A DNA stretch of 52,647 nt from Solirubrobacteraceae bacterium (GCA_036389475.1 DASVPU010000052.1:1-52647), one strand, 5' to 3'. Counted from the first letter of the stretch, positions 27,242-36,584 are shown. Notes: generated by a model from the letters alone, not told the origin. A program made the numbers and translations.

Positions 27242-27920
27242 CCGCGAGCACTCGCGGATGCGCCGGCCACACCGAACGCAGCTGGGGGTGGGGCTGTTTC
27301 CGTTGGGCGCATTCGCGGTGCACCAGTTGCGCTATCAGCTGGCGTTCGGAGCCGACGCGTCGGGCGAGCTCGCTCGCCAGGGCCACGCCTATCTGCACGA
27401 ACTGACCCCGTGGATCGTGTTGTCGGTGGCGGGCGGGCTTGGGGGGCTGATCGTGCGCCTCGCCCGGGCCTGGAGCCGGGCTGAGTCCGACGCCGGGAAG
27501 GGCCGCCGCCTGGCCGCGTTGTGGGCCGTGGCGTCGGCAGGGCTGTTCTCGATCTACGTCGGGCAGGAGCTTCTCGAGGGCCTGTTTGCGACCGGTCATC
27601 CACAGGGGTTGCCGGGGATCCTCGGCGATGGCGGTCTATGGGCGCTGCCGGCGTCAGTGCTCGTCGGCGGCCTGCTGGCGCTGGTGGTACGTGGTGGCCG
27701 CGTGCTCGTCGGGCGCGTTGCGCGCCTGCGCCGCCGGCGGCCGCAGATAGCGATTGCGCGGGCGCCGGCGCTCGTTGCTCGGCGCGATCGCGTGGCGCTC
27801 GCGCGCCGCGCGCCGCTGGCGACGGCGTCTGCCGGTCGCGCGCCGCCCGCCGGGGCGGCCTGGGCCCCACCCGGCACCGGCGGAGAACGGGCTGACCGAT
27901 GCGCGTGCCGCCGCCGCTGA
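27234..27920 (+). CDS. hypothetical membrane protein
   Basis: GTG 27234 overlaps the YcnI stop; an alternative ATG lies at 27258. Four hydrophobic helices, then an Arg-rich tail 'RLRRRRP ... ASAGRAPPA' resembling the tail of 23651-23995. Confidence 0.4.
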   Translation: MRDREHSRMRRPHRTQLGVGLFPLGAFAVHQLRYQLAFGADASGELARQGHAYLHELTPWIVLSVAGGLGGLIVRLARAWSRAESDAGKGRRLAALWAVASAGLFSIYVGQELLEGLFATGHPQGLPGILGDGGLWALPASVLVGGLLALVVRGGRVLVGRVARLRRRRPQIAIARAPALVARRDRVALARRAPLATASAGRAPPAGAAWAPPGTGGERADRCACRRR

Positions 27921-28155
27921 GCCCTCAGCGCCGTTAACGGCCTAGCGCGCCCGGAACGGCCGCGCACGGCCGCCGGGGTGGCGCTCGCTTGAACGACCTT
28001 CTAGCCCTCCGGCGTCGGCTGACCTCGTCAACGCCCGCGCAGTCCATGCGCGGGAGCGGACGTGGCGGCAGTGCTCGGGCTGCCCAGATCCGCGATCGGC
28101 CGGAAACGCGCTGCCCGATCGCGGCGAAGCTAAGCCGAAGCATTGGAGAACTCTC

Positions 28156-29700
28156 ATGACCCAGAACGTCGTGTCTGAACCAGAAACCGTTGCAGTACCC
28201 GATGAACCCGCCGCTGACCCGGCGCAGACGGCCCGCGGCGCCGAGCTGCGGGCGCAGCCCCGGCCGCGATTGTTTCGCGCGGTCTGGCGCTGGCATTTCT
28301 ACGCCGGCCTGCTCGTCATCCCGATCATCGTGATCCTGTCGTTGTCGGGGATCGTCTACCTGTTCAAGCCGCAGATCGACAGCGTCTTCTACGGGCACGT
28401 CCGCGACGTCGACGGTCGCGGCCCGGTGCTCAGCTACGCCAGTCAGCTTGCGGCGGTCAAGGCCGCGCTTCCAGGGGCGAGCGTCACGGGCGTCGCGCCG
28501 GCGCCCAACGCCAAGCGCTCGACGCAGTTCGGCGTCACGACCAAGGAGGGTCGTGACTGGACGGTGTTCGTCGATCCGTACACCGCCAAGGTGCTCGGAC
28601 ATCGCGACAACCAGCATTACCTGCCGGCGATCGCACTGGACGTCCACGGCTCGCTGCTGACCTCACGCTTCATGGACGAGAAGGGCAAGTGGGGCGACCG
28701 CCTGATCGAGCTCGCCACCTCGTGGGCCGTCGTGCTCGTCGTCACCGGCATGTACCTGTGGTGGCCGCGCGGGCGCCGCCGGTCGCTACGTCAGGCGCTG
28801 ACGCCGCGATTGCGGGCGCGTTCCCTACGCGTGCGCTGGCGTGACGTGCACGCCATCACGGGCGTCGCGTTCTCGTTCGTGTTCTTGTTCTTTCTTGTCA
28901 CCGGGCTGGCGTGGAGCGGGGTCTGGGGCCAGAACTACAAGAACATCGCGACGAAGGTCGGCTTGAGCTACCCGCCGGGCACCTTTGACGGGGTGCCATC
29001 AAAGACGGTCGAGGACGTTGTCAAGGGTGGAAAGGCGGCGTGGGCGGCCGGCAGCCTGCCGGTGGCGCAGTCGGTCGGGAGCGGGCGTCCCGGACACACC
29101 GGCCACAACGACCACGCGAGGGTCAAGACGATCCGCTGGAACCCCAAGGACGGCGCTCCGCTGGATGCCGTCGTCGCGCGCGCCAAGCAGATGGGCATGG
29201 CACCCGGAACGACCATCGCGTTCCCGGCTGGCAACACCTCGAGCTACGCCGTCGGCCTCTATCCCGACAACGACGTGGAGCCCAACCAGAGCGCGCTGAA
29301 CGAGCGCTTTGCGTTCGTCGATCAGTACACGGCCAAGCCCGTGGGCGACTTTCGCTACAGCCAGTTCGGCGTGATGGCGCAGGCGACGGACCTGGGAATC
29401 GCGTTGCACGAAGGCCGCCAGTTCGGGCTCGTGAACCAGATCGGGGCGCTGTTGGCGACGCTCGCGCTGCTGCTGTCGTGCGCCAGCGCGATCGTCATGT
29501 GGCGCAAGCGCCGCCCGAAGGGCATCGGCGCGCCACGGCGGGCACCCAACCGCAAGCTCGGTGCCGGGGTCGTCGCGATCACGCTGGGCCTCGGTCTGCT
29601 GTTTCCGTTGCTGGGCATCTCGATCCTGGTGCTGCTGGTCTTCGACTTCGTGATCGTCAAGCACGTGGCGCCGCTCCGGCGAGCACTCGGAGCTGTGTGA
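28156..29700 (+). CDS. PepSY-associated TM helix domain protein (PiuB-like)
   Basis: 'WRWHFYAGLLVIPIIVILSLSGIVYLFKPQID', a periplasmic PepSY-like region, and C-terminal helices 'GLVNQIGALLATLALLLSCASAIVMW'. Confidence 0.8.
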   Translation: MTQNVVSEPETVAVPDEPAADPAQTARGAELRAQPRPRLFRAVWRWHFYAGLLVIPIIVILSLSGIVYLFKPQIDSVFYGHVRDVDGRGPVLSYASQLAAVKAALPGASVTGVAPAPNAKRSTQFGVTTKEGRDWTVFVDPYTAKVLGHRDNQHYLPAIALDVHGSLLTSRFMDEKGKWGDRLIELATSWAVVLVVTGMYLWWPRGRRRSLRQALTPRLRARSLRVRWRDVHAITGVAFSFVFLFFLVTGLAWSGVWGQNYKNIATKVGLSYPPGTFDGVPSKTVEDVVKGGKAAWAAGSLPVAQSVGSGRPGHTGHNDHARVKTIRWNPKDGAPLDAVVARAKQMGMAPGTTIAFPAGNTSSYAVGLYPDNDVEPNQSALNERFAFVDQYTAKPVGDFRYSQFGVMAQATDLGIALHEGRQFGLVNQIGALLATLALLLSCASAIVMWRKRRPKGIGAPRRAPNRKLGAGVVAITLGLGLLFPLLGISILVLLVFDFVIVKHVAPLRRALGAV

Positions 29701-29712
29701 GCTGACGGGGCG

Positions 29713-29742
29713 CCTGCCGCTCGCCGGTCGTCGAGCGGCAGG
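29713..29742. terminator. GC-rich hairpin between convergent genes (probable terminator, no U-tract)
   Basis: CCTGCCGCTCG (29713-29723) pairs perfectly with CGAGCGGCAGG (29732-29742), with an 8-nt loop. It starts 13 nt after the PepSY stop. Confidence 0.45.
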
Positions 29743-29819
29743 CCGTCACTCGGGGGCGGCCCGGCGGCTCGGGGGCGCCCGCCGACCTGCAGGTCGAAGC
29801 CGGACGAACTCGCCCGACG

Positions 29820-30242
29820 TCAAGCCGCGCAGCGGCCCGAGCGGGGCCAGCGGTCCGAGCGGCGGGCCACCATCGCCTGCATCAGCGGGTCCTTGTCAAG
29901 CGTCGCGAACAGCGCGCCGGACAACGCAGATGAGCCATCGAGCTTGACCGAGATCCCGGCGCTGCCCGGCGCGAGGACGTGAAAGCGGTCCACCGCGCGC
30001 CACGACCCGTCGATCGCGATCGAGAAGAGCTTCTTGCGCCGTTCGGTGCCGAGCACGAACAGCGCCTGGTCGCCGTCGAGCGTCAGTGCCGTCCCGCCGG
30101 GCCGCGTGACGCCGACCGCCGGCGTCGCAGACCCAGCCAGGTTCCACAGCGCGCGCACCGGCTGAGCCCCGCGGCGAAACCGCGGGCTCGCAACAGCGAG
30201 CGTCACCGTGAGCACCGCAAACGGCGCCATCGCTGGCCTCAT
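29820..30242 (-). CDS. hypothetical exported protein
   Basis: 'MRPAMAPFAVLTVTLAVASP' is signal-like. No family recognised. Confidence 0.35.
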   Translation of the reverse strand: MRPAMAPFAVLTVTLAVASPRFRRGAQPVRALWNLAGSATPAVGVTRPGGTALTLDGDQALFVLGTERRKKLFSIAIDGSWRAVDRFHVLAPGSAGISVKLDGSSALSGALFATLDKDPLMQAMVARRSDRWPRSGRCAA

Positions 30243-30287
30243 ACGATGCTGCCCGCGCGCCAGAAACGGCGCGGCCACGGTTCCTGA

Positions 30288-30614
30288 CTACTCGTCGTCC
30301 TTGAACTCGTCGGCCTCGGGCTCCGCGTTCTCGTCCTCGTCGACGATGTCGTCGCCGCCGCCGACGAGCGCGCCGAGCGTCGCGCCGTGGCGAACCTGGA
30401 AGGCCTGCATGAGCTCGTCGCGCACGTTCTCGTCGATCGGCGACTCGTCCGAGATCAAGACCCAGTCGGCGCCCTCGAACTCCTCCATGTTGAAGATCTC
30501 CGTATCGACGTCGGGGGAGTCGTCGACGACGATGAGCACCTCTGTCTGCGGGTTGAAGTACGTACCCGGTCTGTTGACGATGTCTTCGAGGTCGAACTGT
30601 CGCGGATTGGCCAT
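30288..30614 (-). CDS. hypothetical highly acidic protein
   Basis: 108 aa with clean codon usage, 'MANPRQFDLEDIVNRPGTYFNPQTEVLIVVDD' and an Asp/Glu-rich tail. Confidence 0.5.
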   Translation of the reverse strand: MANPRQFDLEDIVNRPGTYFNPQTEVLIVVDDSPDVDTEIFNMEEFEGADWVLISDESPIDENVRDELMQAFQVRHGATLGALVGGGDDIVDEDENAEPEADEFKDDE

Positions 30615-30737
30615 AGGGGCTATCTCTATCAGGTCAGCTCACGGAGTTGGCGTTCGATCTCGGCCTCGACATCGAGCGGTTTGTCGCCCGCCCGTACCCG
30701 CCGCGCGTTGCGCGCAACCACGTGTTCGCGAATCTCA

Positions 30738-31058
30738 TCACGCAGCGCGTCGTCGACTATCGCGGCGGCCGCGTTGGGCGCAAGCGCATGCACTGCGCCT
30801 CGACGTCCAGCGGGCCTCGCCGCGGCGCTCGCGCCGCGCGTTCCTCGCCTCGAGCATCTGGCGGATCTCCTCGTCGCGCTCGGCCGCAACTGCGGGCGAA
30901 CCGTCCTCGTCCCCGGTCGCCGGTCCGGCGCCGCCGATCGCGCGGTAGCTGCGGCCGGTAGCGGCGAGCGTGAAGATCGCGATGACCGCGGCAACGGCCG
31001 CCACGACCCAGATGAGGGTGCCCAAGGCGTCCTCCACGGGCCCGGATGATGCCACCAC
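30738..31058 (-). CDS. hypothetical single-pass membrane protein, possibly frame-disrupted (see finding)
   Basis: 'LGTLIWVVAAVAAVIAIFTLAA', then 'ERDEEIRQMLEARNARRERRGEA'. The downstream sequence continues the same repeat in other frames. Confidence 0.35.
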   Translation of the reverse strand: MVASSGPVEDALGTLIWVVAAVAAVIAIFTLAATGRSYRAIGGAGPATGDEDGSPAVAAERDEEIRQMLEARNARRERRGEARWTSRRSACACAQRGRRDSRRRAA

Positions 31059-31103
31059 GAACCGGGCGCCTCGAAGTATTGCGCCGGCTCCGCTACCCTG
31101 ATG

Positions 31104-31119
31104 TTGACTGACCAGTCAA
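31104..31119. promoter_or_regulatory. palindromic operator candidate TTGACTG-AC-CAGTCAA
   Basis: Perfect 7-bp inverted arms with a 2-bp spacer, 35 nt upstream of the acyl-CoA dehydrogenase ATG. The left arm doubles as a -35-like TTGACT. Confidence 0.4.
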
Positions 31120-31153
31120 TCTAACGAATTAGAACCCCCTCAGGAGCCCACCT

Positions 31154-32326
31154 ATGGTTGATTTCACGCTCACCGACGAGCAGAAGAACCTCCGCGAGCT
31201 CGCTCATGATTTCGCCGAAAAGGAGATCCGCCCGGTAGCCTGGGAGCTCGACAAGGACGGCGGCTGGCCGCAGGCGATCATCGACAAGGCCCACGAGATC
31301 GGGCTGATGAACACCCACCTGCCCGAGGAGTACGGCGGCGCTGGCCTGTCCTATCTCGACGGCTGCATCATCGAGGAAGAACTCTCGTGGGGCTGCTCGG
31401 GCGTCCAGACGTCGCTCGGCGCCAACGGTCTCGCCGCTGCCCCCGTCATCCTCGGTGGATCAGAGGACGTCAAGCGTCAGTTCTGCGAGGAGCTCTGCGC
31501 GGAGCCGAAGCTCGCCTCGTTCTGCCTGACCGAGCCCGACGCCGGCTCCGACGTCTCGGGCATGCGCACGCGCGCGGTTCGCAAGGGCGACAAGTACGTG
31601 CTCAACGGCTCGAAGTGCTTCATCACCAACGGCAGCTACGCCGACTTCTTCGTCGTCTACGCGAAGACCGATCCGGAGGCCGGACACCGCGGCATCTCCG
31701 CGTTTCTCGTCCGCAAGGACGAGACGGTCATCGTGGACAAGAAGGAGGACAAGATGGGGCAGCGCGCCTCCAACACGGCCACGATCACGTTCAACGAGAC
31801 CGAGGTCGACGCGCGCTACCTGCTCGGCGAGGAGAACAAGGGCTTCAAGCTCGCGATGATGGTGCTCGACCGCACGCGCCCGGGCGTCGCGGCGATGGCG
31901 ACCGGCATCGCTCGCGCGGCATTCGAGATGGCCACGACGTACTCCAAGGAGCGCGTCCAGTTCGGCGTTCCGATCGCGATGCACCAGGCGATCCAGTTCA
32001 TGATCGCCGACATGGCGACGAAGGTGCACCTCTCGCGTCTGGCGACCTGGAACAGCGCCGTGCTGCTGGACAACGGCAAGCGCAACACGCTCGAGTCCTC
32101 GCACGCCAAGCGCTTCGCGGCCGACAGCGCGATGGAGATCACGACCGACGCCGTCCAGATCTATGGCGGCTACGGCTTCATCAAGGAGTACAAGGTCGAG
32201 AAGCTCATGCGCGACGCCAAGATCATGCAGCTCTACGAAGGCACGTCGCAGATTCAGCGCCTCGTCATCGCCCGCGAGACGCTGCTGCCGCGCCGCATCG
32301 AGGAGCCCGCGACGGCGACGGCCTAG
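31154..32326 (+). CDS. acyl-CoA dehydrogenase
   Basis: 'CLTEPDAGSDVSGMRTRA', 'FITNGSYADFFVVYAKT', 'IYGGYGFIKEYKVEKLMRDAKIMQLYEGTSQIQRLVIAR'. Confidence 0.9.
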   Translation: MVDFTLTDEQKNLRELAHDFAEKEIRPVAWELDKDGGWPQAIIDKAHEIGLMNTHLPEEYGGAGLSYLDGCIIEEELSWGCSGVQTSLGANGLAAAPVILGGSEDVKRQFCEELCAEPKLASFCLTEPDAGSDVSGMRTRAVRKGDKYVLNGSKCFITNGSYADFFVVYAKTDPEAGHRGISAFLVRKDETVIVDKKEDKMGQRASNTATITFNETEVDARYLLGEENKGFKLAMMVLDRTRPGVAAMATGIARAAFEMATTYSKERVQFGVPIAMHQAIQFMIADMATKVHLSRLATWNSAVLLDNGKRNTLESSHAKRFAADSAMEITTDAVQIYGGYGFIKEYKVEKLMRDAKIMQLYEGTSQIQRLVIARETLLPRRIEEPATATA

Positions 32327-32395
32327 CGCGGGAACGGCGGGCCGACGCCGAGGTGCCCGCCGCCGCCGCTGCGCGCGGCGGGCATACTCCCGGCG

Positions 32396-32851
32396 ATGGC
32401 GTCCCGGCGATCCTCGACCGAGGCGGCCGTCGCTGAGACGGTGGCCCGCAGCGACGTCCACGCGGCGGCGGGGGCGCCGGCGCGCAGTGGGCCCGGCTCG
32501 TCGGACCCGCTCGTCGCGGGGCTGCGCAAGGCCGGCCTGCTGCGGCTGCTCGTGCTGCGCCTGCTCGGTCAGGGCCCTTCCTACGGCAACCAGCTCATGG
32601 AACGCGTCGGCGAGCTGACCGGCGGCATCGTCGCCGTCAACCCGAACACGATGTACCCACTCCTGCGGGCGTTGGAGGCCGACGGCCTGGTCGCAGGGGA
32701 GTGGGAGCACCCCGAGCGCCGCTCGCGCCGCTTCTACCGCCTGACGCAAGCGGGCGCGGAGGAGCGCGACCGGCTGGCCTCGGAGATCGTCCCGCACCTC
32801 GACGAGCTCGCCGCGGCGGTCGATCTCCTGCGGCGCGAGCTCGCGGGCTGA
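32396..32851 (+). CDS. PadR family transcriptional regulator
   Basis: 'LLRLLVLRLLGQGPSYGNQLMERV ... NPNTMYPLLRALEADGLVAGEWE ... RRFYRLTQAG'. The N-terminal ~40 aa are low-complexity, so the start is uncertain. Confidence 0.8.
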   Translation: MASRRSSTEAAVAETVARSDVHAAAGAPARSGPGSSDPLVAGLRKAGLLRLLVLRLLGQGPSYGNQLMERVGELTGGIVAVNPNTMYPLLRALEADGLVAGEWEHPERRSRRFYRLTQAGAEERDRLASEIVPHLDELAAAVDLLRRELAG

Positions 32852-32963
32852 TCGTGGTGCGTACGCTCGGGCAGGTCCCGGCGCCCGCTCTCCGAGCCGA
32901 GCGCAAGCCTGCTTCATAGACTTTCCGGCCTGCCATGGCCGCTTCCCAGAAGAAACCAAAGGA

Positions 32964-34967
32964 GTGCTGAAACGCGTGTTCGTGTTCAAGGCCGCGGTCG
33001 TCGGAGCAGGAACGATGGGAGGCGAGATCGCCCAGGTCATCGCCTCCGCCGGCATCCCGGTCGTCCTCAAGGACGTCAAGCAGGAGTTCGTCGATCTCGG
33101 CCTGAAGAAGGCCGACGAGGTCACGCGCGGGCAGCTCGCCGGTCTCGTCTCCAAGGGCAAGATCACCGAGCAGCAGGCCGATGCGCAGGCAACCGACATC
33201 CTCGGCCGCATCACCGGCACGACCGCGTACGCAGGCTTCGGCGACGTCGACTTCGTCATCGAGGCGGTGCCCGAGCGGATGGCGATCAAGCAGGCCGTCC
33301 TGGCCGAGCTCGACAGCGTCACACCCGGTCACGCGATCCTCGCGTCGAACACGTCGTCGCTGCCGATCGGCGAGATGGCCGAGGCGACCCGCCGGCCCGA
33401 CAAGGTCGTCGGCTTTCACTTCTTCTATCCCGCGTCGTTCATGCGCCTCGTCGAAATCGTCGAGGGCATCGACACGTCGCCTGAGACGGTGCAGACGGCG
33501 ACGACGTTCGCCCAGAGCATCCGCAAGCTCCCGATCGTCTGCGGCGACGAGCCGGGCTTCGTCGTCAACCGCATCCTGATGTCGTCGATCAGCGAGATCT
33601 GGCGCTTTCAGGAGGAGAACGAGCTGTCGATCAAGGCGATCGACGACGCGGTCACCGGCGCGCGCGTCGCACCGATGGGTCCGTACTTCCTCAGCGACCT
33701 GCTCGGCCTCGACACGGTGTTCCACGTCGCACAGCACCTGCAGGAGTCCTACGGGGATGACAGCTTCTACGTGCACTCCGGGCTGCGAGCGCTCGTCGAG
33801 GCCGGCGAGCTCGGCGCGAAGACCGGCAAGGGCTTCTACGCGACCGGCGAGCCGCGCTCGACCGGCGAGAGCGAGTTCGACGCCGACGAGCTCACGCAGC
33901 GCTATGTGCTCAAGGCGTTCGTCGAAGCCTGCCTGCTGCTCGAGGAGGGCATGGCATCGATGAAGGACATCGATCTCGGGATGATGGCCGGCGCCGGGAT
34001 GCTGCCGCCGCCGTTCGCGCGCGCGGACCAGAGCGGTCTGGATGACGTGCTCGACGCTCTGGAGCGCGCCGCGGCGCAGTGGGGCGACCGCTACGCGCCA
34101 CCACAGATACTGCGCCGGCTCGTCGCGCAGGGGCGCCTCGGCGTCAAGAGCGGCCAAGGGTTCTTTGCCTACAAGCGCCCGGATGACACCTTCGAGCAAG
34201 GCGACGCCGTGCAGCTCGAGACCCGCGGCGCGACCGCGATCGCGTGGCTCGACCGTCCGCCGGCGAACTCGCTCTCGCCGCAGGTCATCGCCGAGCTCGG
34301 GCGGGTCTGGGAGCACGTCGACGGCGACGACTCGATCCGCGCGCTCGTTCTCGCCTCGGCGAACCCGATGCTGTTCTGCGCCGGCGCCGACATCAAGGCG
34401 TTCACGCAGATGGACGAGCAGACCGGCGCCGCGCTGATGCACGAGACGCATGCGCTGCTGCGCTCGATGGAGCGCTCTTCGACGGCCACGATCGCCGCTG
34501 TCAACGCCGTCGCCTTCGGCGGCGGCTGCGAGCTGGCGATGGCCTGCGACGTGCGGATCGCGGCGCAGTCGGCAAGCTTCGGCCAGCCGGAGATCAACCT
34601 CGGGATCATTCCCGGCTTCGGCGGTACCCAGCGGCTGCCGCGGCTCGTGGGGACGTCGCGAGCGCTTGAGATGAACCTCACGGGCGATCCGATCTCCGCC
34701 GAGGACGCCTATGAGATCGGGCTGGTCAATCGCGTCGTGCCCGACCACGAGCTGTTCGACGCCGCGCTCGCGTGGGCGCGCAAGCTCGGCGGTCAGGCGC
34801 CTCTCGCGGTCGCGGCGATCAAGCGCACGACGGCCGGCGACGCCGACCTCGACGAGGGCATCGAGACCGAGAAGGCCGCCTTCGGCAAGATCTTCGGCAC
34901 CGCCGACGCGCGCGAGGGCATCAGCGCGTTCCTCGGCAAGCGCTCGGCGCAGTGGAAAGGCGAATAG
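32964..34967 (+). CDS. bifunctional 3-hydroxyacyl-CoA dehydrogenase / enoyl-CoA hydratase (FadB-like, dehydrogenase domain first)
   Basis: AAAGGAG precedes GTG 32964. NAD fold '[18 protein letters not shown]'. Crotonase motifs '[10 protein letters not shown]' and '[15 protein letters not shown]'. Confidence 0.9.
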   Translation: MLKRVFVFKAAVVGAGTMGGEIAQVIASAGIPVVLKDVKQEFVDLGLKKADEVTRGQLAGLVSKGKITEQQADAQATDILGRITGTTAYAGFGDVDFVIEAVPERMAIKQAVLAELDSVTPGHAILASNTSSLPIGEMAEATRRPDKVVGFHFFYPASFMRLVEIVEGIDTSPETVQTATTFAQSIRKLPIVCGDEPGFVVNRILMSSISEIWRFQEENELSIKAIDDAVTGARVAPMGPYFLSDLLGLDTVFHVAQHLQESYGDDSFYVHSGLRALVEAGELGAKTGKGFYATGEPRSTGESEFDADELTQRYVLKAFVEACLLLEEGMASMKDIDLGMMAGAGMLPPPFARADQSGLDDVLDALERAAAQWGDRYAPPQILRRLVAQGRLGVKSGQGFFAYKRPDDTFEQGDAVQLETRGATAIAWLDRPPANSLSPQVIAELGRVWEHVDGDDSIRALVLASANPMLFCAGADIKAFTQMDEQTGAALMHETHALLRSMERSSTATIAAVNAVAFGGGCELAMACDVRIAAQSASFGQPEINLGIIPGFGGTQRLPRLVGTSRALEMNLTGDPISAEDAYEIGLVNRVVPDHELFDAALAWARKLGGQAPLAVAAIKRTTAGDADLDEGIETEKAAFGKIFGTADAREGISAFLGKRSAQWKGE

Positions 34968-35710
34968 CCGGCGCCGGCGTCCAGAAGCTGGCGGAGCTCG
35001 TCCGCTCCGCTGCATCGACCGTTGCGCTGACCGGCGCCGGGATCTCGGTCCCGTCCGGGATCCCCGACTTCCGCTCTCCCGCAACCGGGATCTGGGAGAA
35101 CGTCGACCCGATGCAGGTCGCGCACATCGACGCTTGGCGCCGTGACCCCCAGCGCTTCTGGAGCTTCTATGGCCAGCGCTTCCAGATGCTCGGGGACAAG
35201 CTCCCCAACGCTGCCCATGAGGCTCTGGTCGAGCTTGAGAGCCGGCGGCTGCTCGACGCGGTCATCACGCAGAACATCGACATGCTGCACCGCAAGGCGG
35301 GCACGAAGGATCTGATCGAGGTTCACGGATCGATCGCTACGAGCTCATGCTCCAGCTGCGAAGCGAGCTTCGGGCTCGACGAGGTGCTGGCGCGCTGCCG
35401 CGACGGAGGAGGAGTGCCGCCGTGCGATTGCGGGCGCCCGCTGAAGCCCGACGTCGTGCTGTTCGGCGAGCTCCTCCCGCAAGCGGCGCTCCGGCGAGCG
35501 AGCGCGCTGGCGGAGAATGCCGAGCTGTTGCTCTGCGTCGGCTCCTCGCTGGAGGTCTTTCCGGTGGCTGCGCTGCCGCAGTCGACGTTGCGCGGCGGCG
35601 GGCAGGTCGCGATCGTCACCCAGGGCCAAACGCCTTGGGACAAGCAGGCAGCCGTCAAGCTCAGCGGCGACGTCGCGGACGAGCTGACGTGTCTTGTTGC
35701 CGCGTTGTAA
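34952..35710 (+). CDS. cobB: NAD-dependent protein deacylase, Sir2 family
   Basis: 'ALTGAGISVPSGIPDFRS', 'ITQNIDMLHRKAG', 'EVHGS' and the zinc ribbon 'CSSC ... CDCG'. There is no ATG. GTG 34952 overlaps the FadB-like 3' end by 16 nt. The start is uncertain. Confidence 0.75.
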   Translation: MERRIAGAGVQKLAELVRSAASTVALTGAGISVPSGIPDFRSPATGIWENVDPMQVAHIDAWRRDPQRFWSFYGQRFQMLGDKLPNAAHEALVELESRRLLDAVITQNIDMLHRKAGTKDLIEVHGSIATSSCSSCEASFGLDEVLARCRDGGGVPPCDCGRPLKPDVVLFGELLPQAALRRASALAENAELLLCVGSSLEVFPVAALPQSTLRGGGQVAIVTQGQTPWDKQAAVKLSGDVADELTCLVAAL

Positions 35711-35918
35711 ACCACGGAGAGCTGTCCCCCGAGCACGTCCGCCGGCAGCCGCATAAACAGGATCAAAATAAGCAGCGCGGGCCTCCTGTCTATACGTGAG
35801 CATGGATCCGCGGCGCTTAGATCTAGGTCGATCGAACGTCTTGACGTTTAGATCTGATCAGGGCACCCTGAATACTCAAGAAGGGCTGCGCAATGAAGAC
35901 GAGGCGGGGGTAATCACA

Positions 35919-36584
35919 GTGGATGTAAAGCCAGTGCGTACTGTCGTGATCGGCGAGATCCGGGTGTACCGCGAAGGCCTGGCACAGGTTCTCGGCCGCC
36001 AACCAAGCATCGACGTCGTCGGCACCGGATGCACGACCGAGGACGCGTTGGCCTGCGTCGCCGAGCAGCGGCCGGACGTCGTGCTCGTCGATGACGGCCT
36101 GCCGAGTGCCCGGACGCTGATCGGACGGATCAGCGGCGGCGATCACCGCGTGAGCGTGCTCGCGATCAGCGTACCGGAGGAGGAGCGTGCCGTCCTCGCC
36201 TGCGTCGAGGCCGGCGCTGCCGGGTTCCTCCCGCCCCAGGCGTCGCTGGCGGAGGTCATCGCGGCCGTCACGGCGCTTGCGCAGGGCGAGTTTCACTTTC
36301 CGTCGCGGATGACCGCGATGCTCCTCCGGCGCGTCACGCGCCTGTCGTCCCCGAAGGAGCTCGGTGCCGACGGGATGCTGACGCGCCGAGAGCACGAGGT
36401 CGTCGACCTCATCGAGGGAGGACTGTCCAACAAGGAGATCGCGCGGCGCCTGAGCATCAGCATCGCCACCGTGAAGAACCATGTTCACAACATCCTGCAC
36501 AAGCTCGACGTGGGATCTCGTAAAGAAGCTGTGGCGCGCATCCGGGCGCTGCGTACTCCCAGCTACGGGTCCAGCCATTCCTGA
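35919..36584 (+). CDS. LuxR/NarL-family regulator with an atypical receiver domain (no cognate kinase adjacent)
   Basis: C-terminal HTH 'LTRREHEVVDLIEGGLSNKEIARRLSISIATVKNHVHNILHKL'. The receiver has 'VVIGEIR' in place of the acidic DD pair and 'GFLPPQ' in place of the conserved Lys. The longest ORF starts at 35796. Confidence 0.75.
   Translation: MDVKPVRTVVIGEIRVYREGLAQVLGRQPSIDVVGTGCTTEDALACVAEQRPDVVLVDDGLPSARTLIGRISGGDHRVSVLAISVPEEERAVLACVEAGAAGFLPPQASLAEVIAAVTALAQGEFHFPSRMTAMLLRRVTRLSSPKELGADGMLTRREHEVVDLIEGGLSNKEIARRLSISIATVKNHVHNILHKLDVGSRKEAVARIRALRTPSYGSSHS

Noticed and set aside
28090-28124. 10-bp perfect inverted repeat (CCGCGATCGG / CCGATCGCGG) in the 235-nt leader upstream of the PepSY gene. 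I considered it as a possible riboswitch or metal-responsive operator.
   Set aside because: I could not match the leader to any riboswitch consensus I know or to a Fur/IdeR/CsoR-type box. The repeat alone is insufficient.
32637-35084. 815-aa minus-strand ORF. The 620-aa ORF at 31460-33322 falls in the same category.
   Set aside because: They are antisense to the FadB-like, PadR and acyl-CoA dehydrogenase genes. No recognisable domains. Shadow ORFs.
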